Source: Euglena gracilis
Taxonomy: Eukaryota
DNA: 64,000 bases
Direction of reading: 5' to 3'
NCBI GenBank assembly: GCA_039621445.1
Contig: CP154954.1
Span: forward strand, 4,268,714 to 4,332,713
A program made the translations under genes and the position numbers. Each line of letters begins with the position of its first letter. Within the stretch, counting starts at the first letter, position 1. The notes beneath the pieces were generated by a model. The model did no database searches. It was not told where the DNA came from and saw only the letters and a program-made list of their open reading frames with translations. Below are positions 1-12,400 of the stretch, piece by piece.

Positions 1-283
1 GATTGGTCGATGGTCACAGGATGCCAATAATCAGTTTTTCCCCCTGATATCGACCTGTTGTCGCCGAAGAATTCCAAATTTCTTTGCCCATTTTCCTTTA
101 TTTTTTATTGAGTGTGGGACGGCAGAATATTGTTTTTTTTTATTTCCTTAATGACCTCCCTTCGCCAATCTTGTTTAAAACTATTTATCCATTTTCCTCC
201 TTATTTTTCATTTATCGTTTACCCGTTCGCTGTATAATGCCATGTTTGCTATTCTTGTTGAAAACTATTCATCCATTGTCCCC

Positions 284-445
284 AAAAACGCCATGTCCGC
301 CTGATTTTGCTTTTACCGTTTACCCATTTGCTGTTTTCGCCATGTCCGCCAAACTTGTTGAAACCAAAAATCCATTTGCAACAAAAACGCCATGTCCGCC
401 TTATTTGCTTTTACCGTTTACCCGTTTGCTATTTACGCCATGTCC
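284..445. repeat. Short degenerate tandem repeat (~100-bp period) with core CGCCATGTCC..TTTGCTTTTACCGTTTACCC
   Basis: 'aaaacgccatgtccgcc..ttgcttttaccgtttaccc..ttgct..t.cgccatgtcc' occurs at ~284 and ~384. Confidence 0.7.
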
Positions 446-480
446 CCCAAACTTTGTGTACACAAAGGGATGTTGTTATT

Positions 481-626
481 GGGGAGCGGGGGAGGGGGGT
501 GGGGGGTAGTGGGGAGGGGGGAAGGGGGGTGGGGTGTGGGGGGGGGGGGGGGGCGGGCGGGGGGGGGTGTGGGGGGCGGGGGGGGGGGGGGGGGGGGGGG
601 GGGGCCGCCCCCCGCCCCCCCCCGGG
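481..626. repeat. Poly-G low-complexity tract
   Basis: About 120 nt of near-pure G followed by a C-run. It generates the spurious Gly/Pro ORFs. Confidence 0.9.
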
Positions 627-1341
627 CACAGCCAAATGGACACCACTTTGGGTTTCACCTGGCCTTTATTTGCAACATCACATCCATGCTGATGTGCAGT
701 TTGTCTACCACCTCCCCCCCACGTGACTGTTCGTTCACCTGGTTGAAGATTCTTTAGTCCAATTCAGGATTAAAAGTTGCGGCAAATCCCAATGGGATCA
801 CAATCTCGGGCACAATTCTGGCGTCTGGATAATTCAGGTAAAATCCTGGCTGAATAAATTCATTTTCCATTTCGTTTATGCTCTATGTTGCCTCCCGAAG
901 TCTGTTAATTTTTTGTTACACCTGTGAGTCTGTGAATTAGTCCGTGAGTTATTCCGTGAATTGTTTTCCCCTCTGTGCAAATGGGCAGCAAACGGACAGG
1001 GACTTTGAGTGATAACATACAGTTTAAAATGAAACCGAAAATGGATTTATTCAGCCAGAATTGCACCAAAATTATCCAGAGGCCAGAATTGTATGTAAAT
1101 TGTCATCCCGCTGGGAACATACAACTGACGCCCAGTGGCAGCTTCCGAACCTGTCAGAACGTGAATTTTTTTTGCATCCTCTATGCAAATGGGCAGAAAA
1201 TGGACAGGCTCTGACAGGTTTGGAATAGCATGATCTGCCACTGAGTGCAGTCGCCATGTTTGACATTGAATAACGTTTCTCTTTATAAAACAAAAAAACA
1301 AATTCCCGTTACTACCATGTTCACAACATGCCCTGGCAAAA

Positions 1342-1516
1342 CTGGTTACCTTAGCCTCTGAGGAGGCTCCGCGGAGCCTCCGCGGAGGCTGGTTACCTTA
1401 GGCTCCGAGGAGGCTCCGCGGAGCCTCCTCGGAGCCTGGTTACCTTGAGCCTCTGCGGAGCATGGTTACCTTGAGCTTCCGAGGAGCCTCCGCGGAGCCT
1501 CCTCGGAGGTAACCAA
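1342..1516. repeat. Palindromic hairpin array or small foldback element
   Basis: TGGTTACCTT occurs four times, separated by palindromes such as GAGGAGGCTCCGCGGAGCCTCCTC, and is closed by the inverted GGTAACCA. Confidence 0.8.
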
Positions 1517-2269
1517 AAGGTTAGGATTCCACTTTTGCGGTAGACCCAAATGAAGCCAAATCAAAGGAAATGTCCGGAGACCTAATTTGAAGCCCTTGGA
1601 ACGCCCCATCTACCGGTATTTTGCCGCAACTGGTCGCGTAGCCCGAGGTACTACGGCCGTTTTTCGGCCGATTTTGGCCATTTTGTACACTTTTTTCCAC
1701 TGGTGGACTTAGCCGTTTTTGGCCAAAAAAGTCGAAAAAATTGGAAAAATTTTTTTTGCTCAAAACCCACCCGGAAGAAGTGTTTTCGAGCCGAAAATGA
1801 GCGTTTTTCGACTCCCCTGCCCATCATGACCCATGATGGCCATCATGACCCATGATGCCCATCATTTGGGCATTTCCGGAAATAATGTAAATTTACGTTT
1901 CCTCAAGATATTTTTGAAAAATCGATTCTTGGTCCGATTTTTGGGCCCCAACAAAATGACAGAGTCGGAAGAGGGAGGGGGGGGGCGAACCAATCCTACC
2001 CATTTTGGACCCCTTCGCGGCTGAATGACGCAAGCCTGGCGGGGGATTTGGGGTCAAACGGAGGTGATTCGGAAATAAAAAATCCAGTCGCTCGCAACTG
2101 AATTAAAAAAGGGAACGGAGCCGGGATCATAAGATAATCCGCCGGTTCTCCTGTAGCCCCTGTTCCTGTAGCTCCTGTAGCCAACCTGGAGGGGGTTCGA
2201 ACCCCCCCTTTTCTCCGGGGGTAAGCTTCGCTCGTACCCATGAAGGGATAAGAGCTCAGCAACCCCTCC

Positions 2270-3200
2270 CCCAGAGGGGTCCAGGGGGGGTTGGCTCCTA
2301 ATCTCCAGGGCTGGACCCGGCTGGCACCCAGCAAAAACAGCCTATATCCACTTGTCTTGGTTCCTTTTCCCGCCAAATAATTGAGTTGAGAACCCAAAAA
2401 TCGACCAAAAATGGCCATTTTTTTGTCCATTTTGGACCCCTTTTTGCTTTTTTTCGGTCCAGGCCGGTTTCACTGGCCCTCAAAGATCATATTGCACCCC
2501 CCCCTTTAGTTGCATTAAGGCTTCTTGTCTGTTTATGGCCAGCGCTAACTTTGCTTCTGGCCCAGTTGAGGTGAGTGGCCAGGAACCCCTTACACCAGTG
2601 TTCTATTGTTGCTCCCCCTGGCTGGGTGAGTAATTCTGGTGTAATTCCAACGCAGTGGGGACATACTCTCCTTGTGTGGTTGGTGTGATTCCCGTGGGTG
2701 GGTCTACACCTTTGCACCCCAGTGCTGCTCTTGTCTCCTGCCCTCTTCCCACTTCTCTGTGTTGGAGATGCATGGCACGGGATGCACCTCCCCGGGGGAG
2801 GGGGGGGGGTCTCCCATCTGACAGGCAGGTGTTGGCTGGAAAAATGGGGCTAGCTCGCTGGACCCCCCCCCGGAGGGGTAGGGAGGGGTCCGGCTTAAGA
2901 AATTCCCTGGAATGGGGGCACAGGTTTACAATGTGGCTGAAGACATCAAAGTCAAGTGATCGAATTTATCGAACATTCAAAATATTGTGTAAAATAAAAG
3001 AGTAAAAGGTCTGGCAAGTTCTGTGACAAAAACTCCCAAAGCCCAGATGGACAAAAAATGCATGACATTGCCACAAGTGTCATTTGTGGTTCCGAGTCAT
3101 GATTATTTTGTATTGACATACCCTCCTCAACACTGCGGCCAACTATTTGCCAAACCATGGCATGAACACCAAATGTGTAATCCCATCATGGAGCTATAAG
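2270..3200 (-). repeat. Inverted fragments of dispersed repeat family A, with an unrelated ~300-bp insert at ~2486-2790
   Basis: Reverse complement of ~51160-51850 and ~58230-58760, e.g. 'atgtggctgaagacatcaaa' vs 'tttgatgtcttcagccacat'. Confidence 0.75.
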
Positions 3201-3831
3201 CTGACGAAACGTGCCCCCGGAGCCCTCTATCGCCCCCCATTCGCCGTTTTGGCTGCGGACACGCCTGGCCCGTGTTCCGGCGTGCTTTTGAGGCCCAAAA
3301 CGGCCGTTTTGGGGTGTTTTGGCCCCAACAACCAGAAATGACCCAAACTCCATGGGTTTCTGGGCCAAAACTGGGGGCCAGGGGATCGAAAAACGCTCAT
3401 TTTTTGCTCAAAAGCAGTTTTTTGGGGTCCGGGATGCCAAAAAAACATCGTTTTGGGCAAAAGTTCTTTCGACTTTTTCACCCCAAATGGCCGAAAACAG
3501 CGAAGTCAAAACAGGCCAAAACTGTACAAAATGGCCAAAAATTGCCTGAAAAGGCTGTAACTCGGGCTGGGCGGGGAGTTGCGGGGCAAATCAAAATACT
3601 GTTAGGTTTGACACTTTAAGGGCTTCAATTTCCTTTCATTTTGCTTCATTTTCGACATATTTTGGAAACATCCACTTTTTTGAACCTCAAAGCCGCCCAA
3701 AAAATTAAAAAAAAGGAGGTTTGGGGGGTGGGGGGGGGTCGCTGAGCTTTTGCAATTTGCAATGCTAGTCTTTTCGGCCTTCCATTGCATGCAAATCCCA
3801 TTAAAATCTCAGCACTGTTCAAACAAAACCT

Positions 3832-5240
3832 GGTCCAGCCAGCACTGTTTTTCCAGCTTCAATAAACGGCAAAATCAACTGCAGTGTTTTCACGCATAGA
3901 ATTTCTGGAAAAAAACATTTGAAGGAAAGAAGATCCATCTTAATTCAATTAAGAAGGTACATTGCCTTCGAAAGCTTTCTTCTCTTCAGCAGCCAATTTA
4001 TCACCAGAGGGCCAGTTTTAGCCCGTTTTGCTGTTTTGCCATTTTGCCATTTTGTGTTTTCACACTTTTACCACTCTATTGCCACCAAGAAATGGCTTCA
4101 ACCAGCACTGTTTTGATGGTTTACAAATCACATGCAAAGTGTGCCATTCCAATCAATGAACTACCAAAGCAAACAGGGGAGAAAGGCTGCAGAACTTCCT
4201 ATGACTCGGCCGACAAATATCATATTTGGCGTGTGGACGCTTCCACAACACGTGCTTCACATACTTCGCAGCACCGCATGCACCGCATGATGCCGCAAGT
4301 GCACCATGTGCGGCACTCTGCGCAACAATTTTTGCAACCACCACAACAAGCAAAAAGAATTGGCTAAAAAAGGTTCAAAATTGAAATATTGTTAAAATTG
4401 CAAAACAGCGGCCAAAAATGATCGACAATAGCTTCAAAAATAATTCAAATGGGAAACAACGCCAAAAAAAGGGGGGGAAAGCCAAAAATTGGCAACAAGT
4501 AGGCGAAGATGGAACAAGGACATCAAGAGTCAAAGGTGGCCAAAATGAAAAAATTGGGTGATGTTGGGAATGAGTGAACCTTCCCACACGGTGCACACAC
4601 TGCGCCACGCGGTGCACGCGGTGCCGCACGTGGTGCACGTGGTGTGGCAGCATCCCCCCCGGCCGGCCCTGGTCGTAACCCCGCCTACGGGGATCAGAAA
4701 GGTCGGCCCTGGTTGGCCCTGGTCTGCCCTGGTGGGGACTCGGCCAATAATGCCTCCAAACAGCTAAACCCCAACGACCACAACAATTAAACTTCAGGAA
4801 CTTCAGGGGGGAAAAAGACAAGAAACTGAAAGAAAAATTGCTGATTGTTGGCCCGAGTATCTGTATTTATTTCTGGAAATCACTCTCTGGTGGAAGCACT
4901 TGATGACGGCGTGCGGCAGACCCATGCAAAAACAAAGTCGCCGAGCCTGCATATCATTTTGGCTTATATTTCCAAATTGCATGCAATCCAATGCAACCCA
5001 TCCCAGGAAGGTTGAAACCACCACAACCTTCGGCTAAGCACAGCAATCGCCTGCACGCCGTCCGAGCTGCTCTGGGGCCCGTCCACTCAACCCGCACATC
5101 GGCACCGCAGGGCAGCGACAGAGAGGAGAGCATTTTGTTGAGGTGGCGTGTCTGGGAAAAGGTGGGAGTGGGGGATGGAACGTTGCAAATGCCATCAAAG
5201 TTTGGGATGGGGTCAAGTGCTCCCCCGATGTGTTCGTGTT
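3832..5240 (+). repeat. Dispersed repeat family A, downstream part
   Basis: Colinear with 51852-53075, 58773-59200 and 59710-60010 ('ggtccagccagcactgttttt', 'gtgaaccttcccacacggtgcac', 'aatcgcctgcacgccgtccgagc'). Confidence 0.85.
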
Positions 5241-7513
5241 GGCCAAAACAGACCAAGGGGCAAACTTCCGAATTGCCCACACCACAATTGCATAATAAAC
5301 AGTTTTTGGCAGGTATTTCTGGCAAATGCGAACACCAAATGCCAATTTTTCATGTGGTGGCATGGGAGCCCAAGGATGGAGAAATTCTAGAAAATGGAAT
5401 CCCTCCTCTGTTGTTGGGCGAAACTTGACCAGGTCCATATACATGGGGGGGGGGTAGGTTTGATGCATGTTTTGAAGCGCCTCCCCCGGGGTTCAGACAC
5501 AAACACATCACTAATTTAATCACCCTGATAAAAAGGTACCCTCTCTCCGGGTACCCCCTCCCCGGGCCTTGCTTCCGGTGGTCGACGGCCCAGCCCTCAT
5601 CTGGTGTGGGTCCTGCTCATATCACTCATTCACTGTTTTATTTCATTTTTGGATATTATTATTATTAGATATTTAGATTCAGAAATATTTTAGATTGGCG
5701 ACCTGTGAGGGGGAGAGGGGGGGTTGCCCCACCTGACGACGTTGGGCTGAGCGGAGTCCCTTCCAGAGGGCAAAGGTTCGCCTATTTTGGATTCGAAGAA
5801 AATTTTGTCCCAAAAATTTGACCTTCCATGCCCCCCCCAACCTGGGGGTGGTTGGGTGGTAGTGCAAAACCTCCACCCCATACTAAACAGAAAACTGCGG
5901 GTTGGATGTCAAAGGTTGGGTGGCGCCAACGGACCAACCATTGCCCAACTGACAGCCATGCCTGTTGCCTTTCCAATTCGGACACCGCTGTGGGTGGGGT
6001 AGGTAGGTCTGTCCTGGGAAATGGAGTCTTCAACAGCCTCAAAATGCCTTAAAATATCTTTAAAAAATGCCTTAAAAATGCCGTAAATTTTCAGAAAAAA
6101 ATGCATGAAATATATATTAAAAATAATAATAACTACACCTGGAAAAGAGCAAAAGAGAGACACGTGTGAACGGGTGTCTTGCACGGCTTTCCACACGGGG
6201 TCCGTCCAGGGGTGGAAAGGTCCCTTTCCCACCCGAGAGTGCGCGACTCGCAGCGGCTGAGCGCGTGTGGAAGGCCCGGCGCGCTGGCGGGGCAGACAGC
6301 GCTGGCGGTGCAGACCGGAGGGGGGAGATCCCGGCCAAGTGGCAGAGGCACAATGGCGGGAGGGAGAGACCGCCAGGGTGGGCCGGCGGCGCCCGCGGAG
6401 AATGGGACGCCAAAAACGAGCCACGATTTCACCATTTTCACCATTTTTGTTGGGAAAAAGTCAAACACAACAAAAATGTTCGCCAAATCTGTTTTCGCAG
6501 ATCCCCGTGGTCGTGGGGGGCACTTAGAAACCCGAGGGGGGAGACTGGGCGACACGAGGGGGAATCCGACCCCACTCACTGAGTTCACATCAAAAATATT
6601 TCGCCCGAGTTGGAAATGCAAAAGAAGCACTTCTGTCGATTGGGGCCGAGATTTGTGGATAAGAAATTTAAAATGATCTACCATCCACAATACGCTCCAC
6701 CGCAGAAAAAAAAAACACAAACAACCTAGAAACGAGATGCATGAATAGAAAATTGGTTCCAGACTGAACGTATGGGCCACCTAAAATAAAGTGCTGTTAT
6801 CAAATTGTCAAGAAACAGAACGTTTGTATCATTGGGAACAGAAAGATTTGAAAATTTCGATTTCTGGCAAAAAAAAATTGGTTCCCAAATCAGGAAATTC
6901 TGTTGAATCGAAATCGTTTCTAATCAAAACTCTCAAAATCAACACACGCATGCACAAAAAAACGTTGCAAAAATAAAACAACCAACACAAAAAAAAGCGA
7001 GTTTGAAGAACATGTACCACAACAAACTGTCCAGCCATAAGCCTGGTGGGGGGCTCTGTGGTCCAATGGGGGAAAAAAGAACAATGTGCACCTTGATTAC
7101 CAAAGAACCTTGAATCTGTCTGTTGATTGTCAAAAAGAAAGTGTGAGGTGAAAATTAAGAAGGGGAGACTCAATCCACGAGACTTGCCAAGGCTGGTTCT
7201 CAGCTTCCAAGTTCCTTTTCCGGAAAATGGCACTCCCATGCCTGAGCAACCGGCGGCGCGTCCCACCCTGGGGGTGGAGGCGACCGAGGCGGAAGGCAGC
7301 ACGCGTGCAGGGGCGAGTGAGGGGTCGTCACAGTGCTCAAGGCACCGGACATGACTGGGAGGCGTGTGACCGCGTGACCCACAGTGGCGATTCTCCGGAG
7401 AAGCAGGGGAGACAAGCAGAAAATCCCACTCCTTTGGGGCATCTCTGGCCAATTCAGGAGGGAAGCGTCGAAAAAAAAATTAATCAATCAATCGATCATT
7501 AATTAATTAAGTA

Positions 7514-7785
7514 CCCGCCCTCCCCCCTTGTCGTACGACCGGGTTCCAGGGGGGGGGGTCATAACACCCCCATGACCTGCAACCTGCGACCGGGGGGTGG
7601 TCGTAAATGAGGGGTGGTCATACGACGGGGAGGGGGGGGGCGGGTAAGTAATTACCCCCCCCTAGTCGTATGACCGGGTTCCTGCAACCTGTGACCGGGG
7701 GGGGTCATAACACCCCCATGACCTGCAACCTGTGACCGGGGGGTGGTCATAAATGAGGGGTGGTCATACGACTAGGGGGGGGGGG
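7514..7785. mobile_element. Two adjacent ~130-bp TA-flanked MITEs (7514-7644 and 7655-7785), Tc1/mariner/pogo-like
   Basis: Each has inverted ends (CCCCCCCCTAGTCGTATGACC / GGTCATACGACTAGGGGGGG), flanking TA and a near-identical interior. Confidence 0.8.
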
Positions 7786-8257
7786 TAATCGATTGCTGAA
7801 TAAAATTAAAATGCCCTCAAAAATAAGTGGAGAGTGAGGGATACGGCTGCAGGGGGAAGGATCCCGGGGTGCTGGCGGGCTTGGGCTGCTTTTTTTTCGG
7901 ATGCAAGTCGGTGAAATTTGGTCCAAATATGGTCAAAAGCGGGTGTTAGGGCTTTTATTAACCCCCCCACCAAATAACCTGGTGGGGGGCGCTTCCTCCT
8001 GGCAGCGGCTGAATAACTTGGTTGGGGGAGGGGCAAAAAAGAGTGTTCCAAAAACTTCGGACCCCCTTTTTAGGCAAAATTCCTTTACGGCGCTGAAAAA
8101 TGGACCCAAATAATTTGGCAGGGAGGGGGCAAAAGTTGGTTCCAACAACCTGGCTGAAAAAGGGTGGGTGGGGTCCAGCCAGCATGCACCTCTGGAAGTT
8201 GGACTCCCCTTTGGGGTCCTCAAGAAAACACTGCTTCGGATCCACACACATTTCCAA

Positions 8258-8539
8258 CAGGGTTTTTTTAAGACCGGGGGGGGGGAGGGGGGGTCCCCCC
8301 CCACCAACCCCCCCCCGGGGGGCCCCCACGGGGGGGGGGGGTCCCGGGGGACCCACAAAAAATGGCCGAAAAATAGCGAAAAGTGCTAAAAATAGCATTT
8401 TTTCGGCGCCTGCGGCGCCGAAAAGTATATCCCACCCCCCTCCGGGGGGACCCCACCCCCCGGGGCCGGACCCGGCCGGACCCACCCACCCTACCCCCCC
8501 CCCCTCCCCCCCCGGGGGTCCACGACTAAAAAAACCCTG
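8258..8539. mobile_element. hAT-like MITE with perfect 8-bp TSD
   Basis: TIR CAGGGTTTTTTTA / TAAAAAAACCCTG; ATTTCCAA at both 8250-8257 and 8540-8547. Confidence 0.93.
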
Positions 8540-9419
8540 ATTTCCAAGTGTGCTAGACAATTCCTGAAAGCGGAAATGACGTGTGCCCAGAACTTCAAAG
8601 ATGCAGCTCAAAAAAATCATGCTCCCAGATGCTGCCTGTTTTGTTTATGTATTTCTATCATTGCTTTAATTCGTTCGAATTATGTCATTTTTTTACAGTT
8701 GCTATGATGCCTTTCTCATTTCATATGTCAGTTATTTATTTGAGTTATTTTTATTATTTGTTTGTCCCTATTCTTATTTTTTCTTGAATTTTTTACAGTT
8801 ATTTTTACTTCTTTTTTGATTGGCAATACGTAGCAAGGGCCACTCTGGGGCTTGTACTTTGCCAGCCCTGGATCTGCCAGCTTGAGCAGAGGAGAGTGTC
8901 AGAAATTATTCGAAAATGAACTTCAGATACATCAAAAAAACAGTGATGCCATTCGCCAGCAATGTCATTCATTTGTACATTTCTATTTTTTTTATTATGG
9001 CAGTTCACATTCATGTGCTTTTTTGTTATCTCTTGAATAGATTTTTAAACTTTATTTGGCAACATGCAAAGCCCGGAGAGCCTGATTATTGAAAAGGAAA
9101 AAAAAAAAGATTTTAGCACTGGTATCGAAATTCAAAACGGCGGCTCCCCAGCAGATTTGAGCGGGAAAATGCCAGTGTGCGCACCTTCAATTATTGCTCC
9201 ACGTGGGAGGGTTTCACGGGGGAGGCTAGCCACTCCGCATGCTGATTCTTGGAAAACAGACAAAACATTCATTTTTTTCCCTGGACATCCTTCGCCAAAA
9301 TTTGCTCCCCGGCTTCGCGGCAGCGGGCAAAGGTCCCCAAGCAGGCCCGCCAAAGCCAGGGTTGGGGGGAGGTCCAGCCCCACACCGACACGCCCCCGCA
9401 CGCCCACACCGCGTCCCCT

Positions 9420-12400
9420 AGGTGCCCCTAGCAATGCTGAAATTGAGGGCGTAGGTTGGTTGTGGCATTGCATCCCTGGGGTCTGGGCAAGCCCGTTTCT
9501 GTTTTGACATGTGTCACCAGGGGGCAGATTGCCACCCTCTGCCTAGGATGGGGTGGTCTGGTGAGGTAATTGAAGAGGTTTTGATGAATAGCAGTTTTAA
9601 AGTAAGGGAAAACACAGCAGGTCCTTAAGAAAGACCTCTGTTCAGAAATCCTTGCGATATCGCAATTTTTGAAGTACAGAAATACAATAATAGGTAATTA
9701 GAAGAAGAAAAAAATACAAGCAGCATCTGGGAGCAGGCACAGAGCAACCTTCACTATATTCTCACTTTTGAGCGGCATTGTTTCATCAGCCACTGACTTT
9801 TTTGCAATCATTTGGCAGCAATAATTTGTTCTGCGTCTTCTTCCTGTTTGCGGGCATACCCCATTTTGAGGCCTGTGGGATGGTTCCACTTTTCATGTGC
9901 ACTAGAACACCTCGAAACGTGTGTGAACGCGAGGAAGTGTATTCTTGAGCACCCCAAAAGGGTGTCCAGCCCTCCGTGCACATCCAAAATTTCAACTATT
10001 TGGCATTTCCCTCGGAAAAAATTCGAGCTACCATGCCTGTCAGTGAGGGGTGTGGGGGTGGGGAGCGTAGTGGTGTCAGAGGGTGTGGGGAAAATTTGCC
10101 TGTGGAGGCACCAAATGTTTGCGAACCACGCTGCGTGGCTTGTGAGAATGACGTCTTGATCCACCTCATTCGGAGCAGCTCCCAGACCCAAACTTCCGAC
10201 CCCCCCGGGTTTTTTTTTTCCAGGGCTTAGTTCTTTTTTGCCTCATTTTGTTTCCAACGGATGGAGGCAGGGCGACCATCCAGCACGTCTCCAGCCAGAC
10301 CATCCCCACGTCCTCGCCCGCCTACCACCGTCGCTCCCCTTCCTTGTTTTGTGGAAACTTCATTTTGCATCCGTGAATATGGTCCGGAATTATGCAAGTT
10401 CACGGCGATTACACAAAAGCAAAAAAAGAATATGTTTTCGCATTGATCCCGCCCACCAAGCACCTGTGGCCATCCAGTCGCGCTCAATCACGCCCAGTCA
10501 TGCCCAGTCACGCTCACTCACAACCAGTCCACACACAGACATCCCAGTGCCAAAAAAAGGTTAAAACTGGCCAAAAGAACATTGGCCAAAAAATGGCCGA
10601 AAATACTCAAAAACATGCATAGGAACAAATAGCCAAAGACGGCCAGACACGGACAAAAAGGGAGAAGAAAGGTCTAAACGTGGCCAAAAGTGGCCACATT
10701 CGACATGGAACCTTAGATTACCTTGTGTGACACTTGGTAGAACACTTGTGTGACCTGGGGGGGGTGCGCCATGGCAGGGAGGAAAAAATTTTCGGCTTCT
10801 TCGGCCGATCTTGGCCAGATTTTGGGTGGGTAGGTGGGTGGTTGACCACCCCGGGGGGGGGGGTCGTGGGTGGGTTTGGGCCTGGGAAGAAGTGCCCCCG
10901 GGGTCACTCGGTGGATCTATGCACGGACCCCCCCCCATGAGTGTCATCAAAGCCAGTCACAAACAATAGGGCCCAGTGGTGCCCAGTCATTTCACAGGTG
11001 CTTTCCCGCAAACCTTTGCAATGCATTTGCATGCATTCACTGAAATGGTATCTGATAAAGAGGAATGCGCCACTGGGGGAAGTAGCACAGCCGCCGCAGG
11101 AAGAAAAATGTAGCAGAGCACCCGAACCTCACTACTTCCTTTGGTTGGATGGGCGAACATGAAAAGTGGGGACGAGAGAAAATATCATCGTGGTTCGGTG
11201 AACTCGTTTGATGAAAACCACTGGACTTAAACAAACCCTGTGAAACCAGCTGACGGGCATCTGCAGGGGACTTCACGCAGACGGGCAAGCACCTATAGTT
11301 AAGCCAAAGAGTGGCTCATGTTAGGCAAAAAAAAAAAAAAAAAAAAGCCATGGTAAACAGCTCGTGGAGGCAACTACTGGCAGGATTCCCAGTTTGCGCC
11401 ACTTCCACACCTCAATGGTAGCAAGCTTGCTACAAGGCTTTCGGGCAGCGACTCCCAAAGGAATGGGGAGAGTCTTCTTTGGGAACAGAGTTTTTGGGGC
11501 TTCTAGTGAATTTATTTTACTCCGAAGCATACCGAGCTTCGGTCTGGATTCCACTTACCAAATTCAAAAACTACGACAAGTGCGCAAAATCCGCACATAA
11601 CCCTCGTGACCCAGCAGGCTTGACTTCGAAATTAACTCGCCAATTCAGTATTCAGCAAAACTGAAGAATCCTGGGCCCGAAGCAGGAGAAAGCGTGGGAA
11701 GCTGTATACTTAAATGTCGGCCGGGGGCGATTGGTTTATGGACGCAGGCTCAATCAGTCAAACTTACTACTTTCAACTGCTGAAAGCCAACTCCACTCCT
11801 TGAACCAGAAACTCAGGAAGTCATACACAAAAATATTGAAAACCCCCAAGTATAACCCCCCCAAACACAAAGCCTGCCAATGGTGCCATTCAGGAGAAAG
11901 CCAAAAAAATTTGGGTGGGTGGATGTATGCATTTTTTGGGGAAAAAAGGGATGCACAACAATTTTGGTATAGGTCACCCAGATAAATTTGACGTCCCCCC
12001 CCCCAAAACACACACACACACCTATTGCATTATGAGACCCAGGCTTTGCATTGGGATCCCGGGGGGGCCGAAAACTAGCTAATCGAGAAGCCACTAGCTG
12101 GACCCCTCTCTCCTGGGAAGTCCGGGGTCCGGGTCCACCAGGTCCCTCAACTGGAAAAGTCACACCAACTGTCTGACCAAATGGAAATGGGTTTTTGGTG
12201 TATTTTTTTTCTTCGAATGGTTTTGTTCCAATTTTTGGCAGCTTTTTGGGTTCAAATAAAAAGTTTCCGGTAGCGATCCCCATATGTTGGGAGGGGGTGT
12301 CCGGACCCCCACCCCTCACCTCCATGGCAGGTTTCAAAAGAAGCGAAATTTTTTCCTCTAGCGCTGCGACATCCCAGCAAGACATGAGGGATCGTTGGGG

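Noticed and set aside
84-757. Gly/Pro-rich ORFs
   Set aside because: They are products of poly-G and short repeats.
6139-6165. Minus-strand polypyrimidine tract + CAG acceptor after a GC-rich promoter-like segment
   Set aside because: No downstream exon could be identified; it runs into AT-rich repeat sequence.
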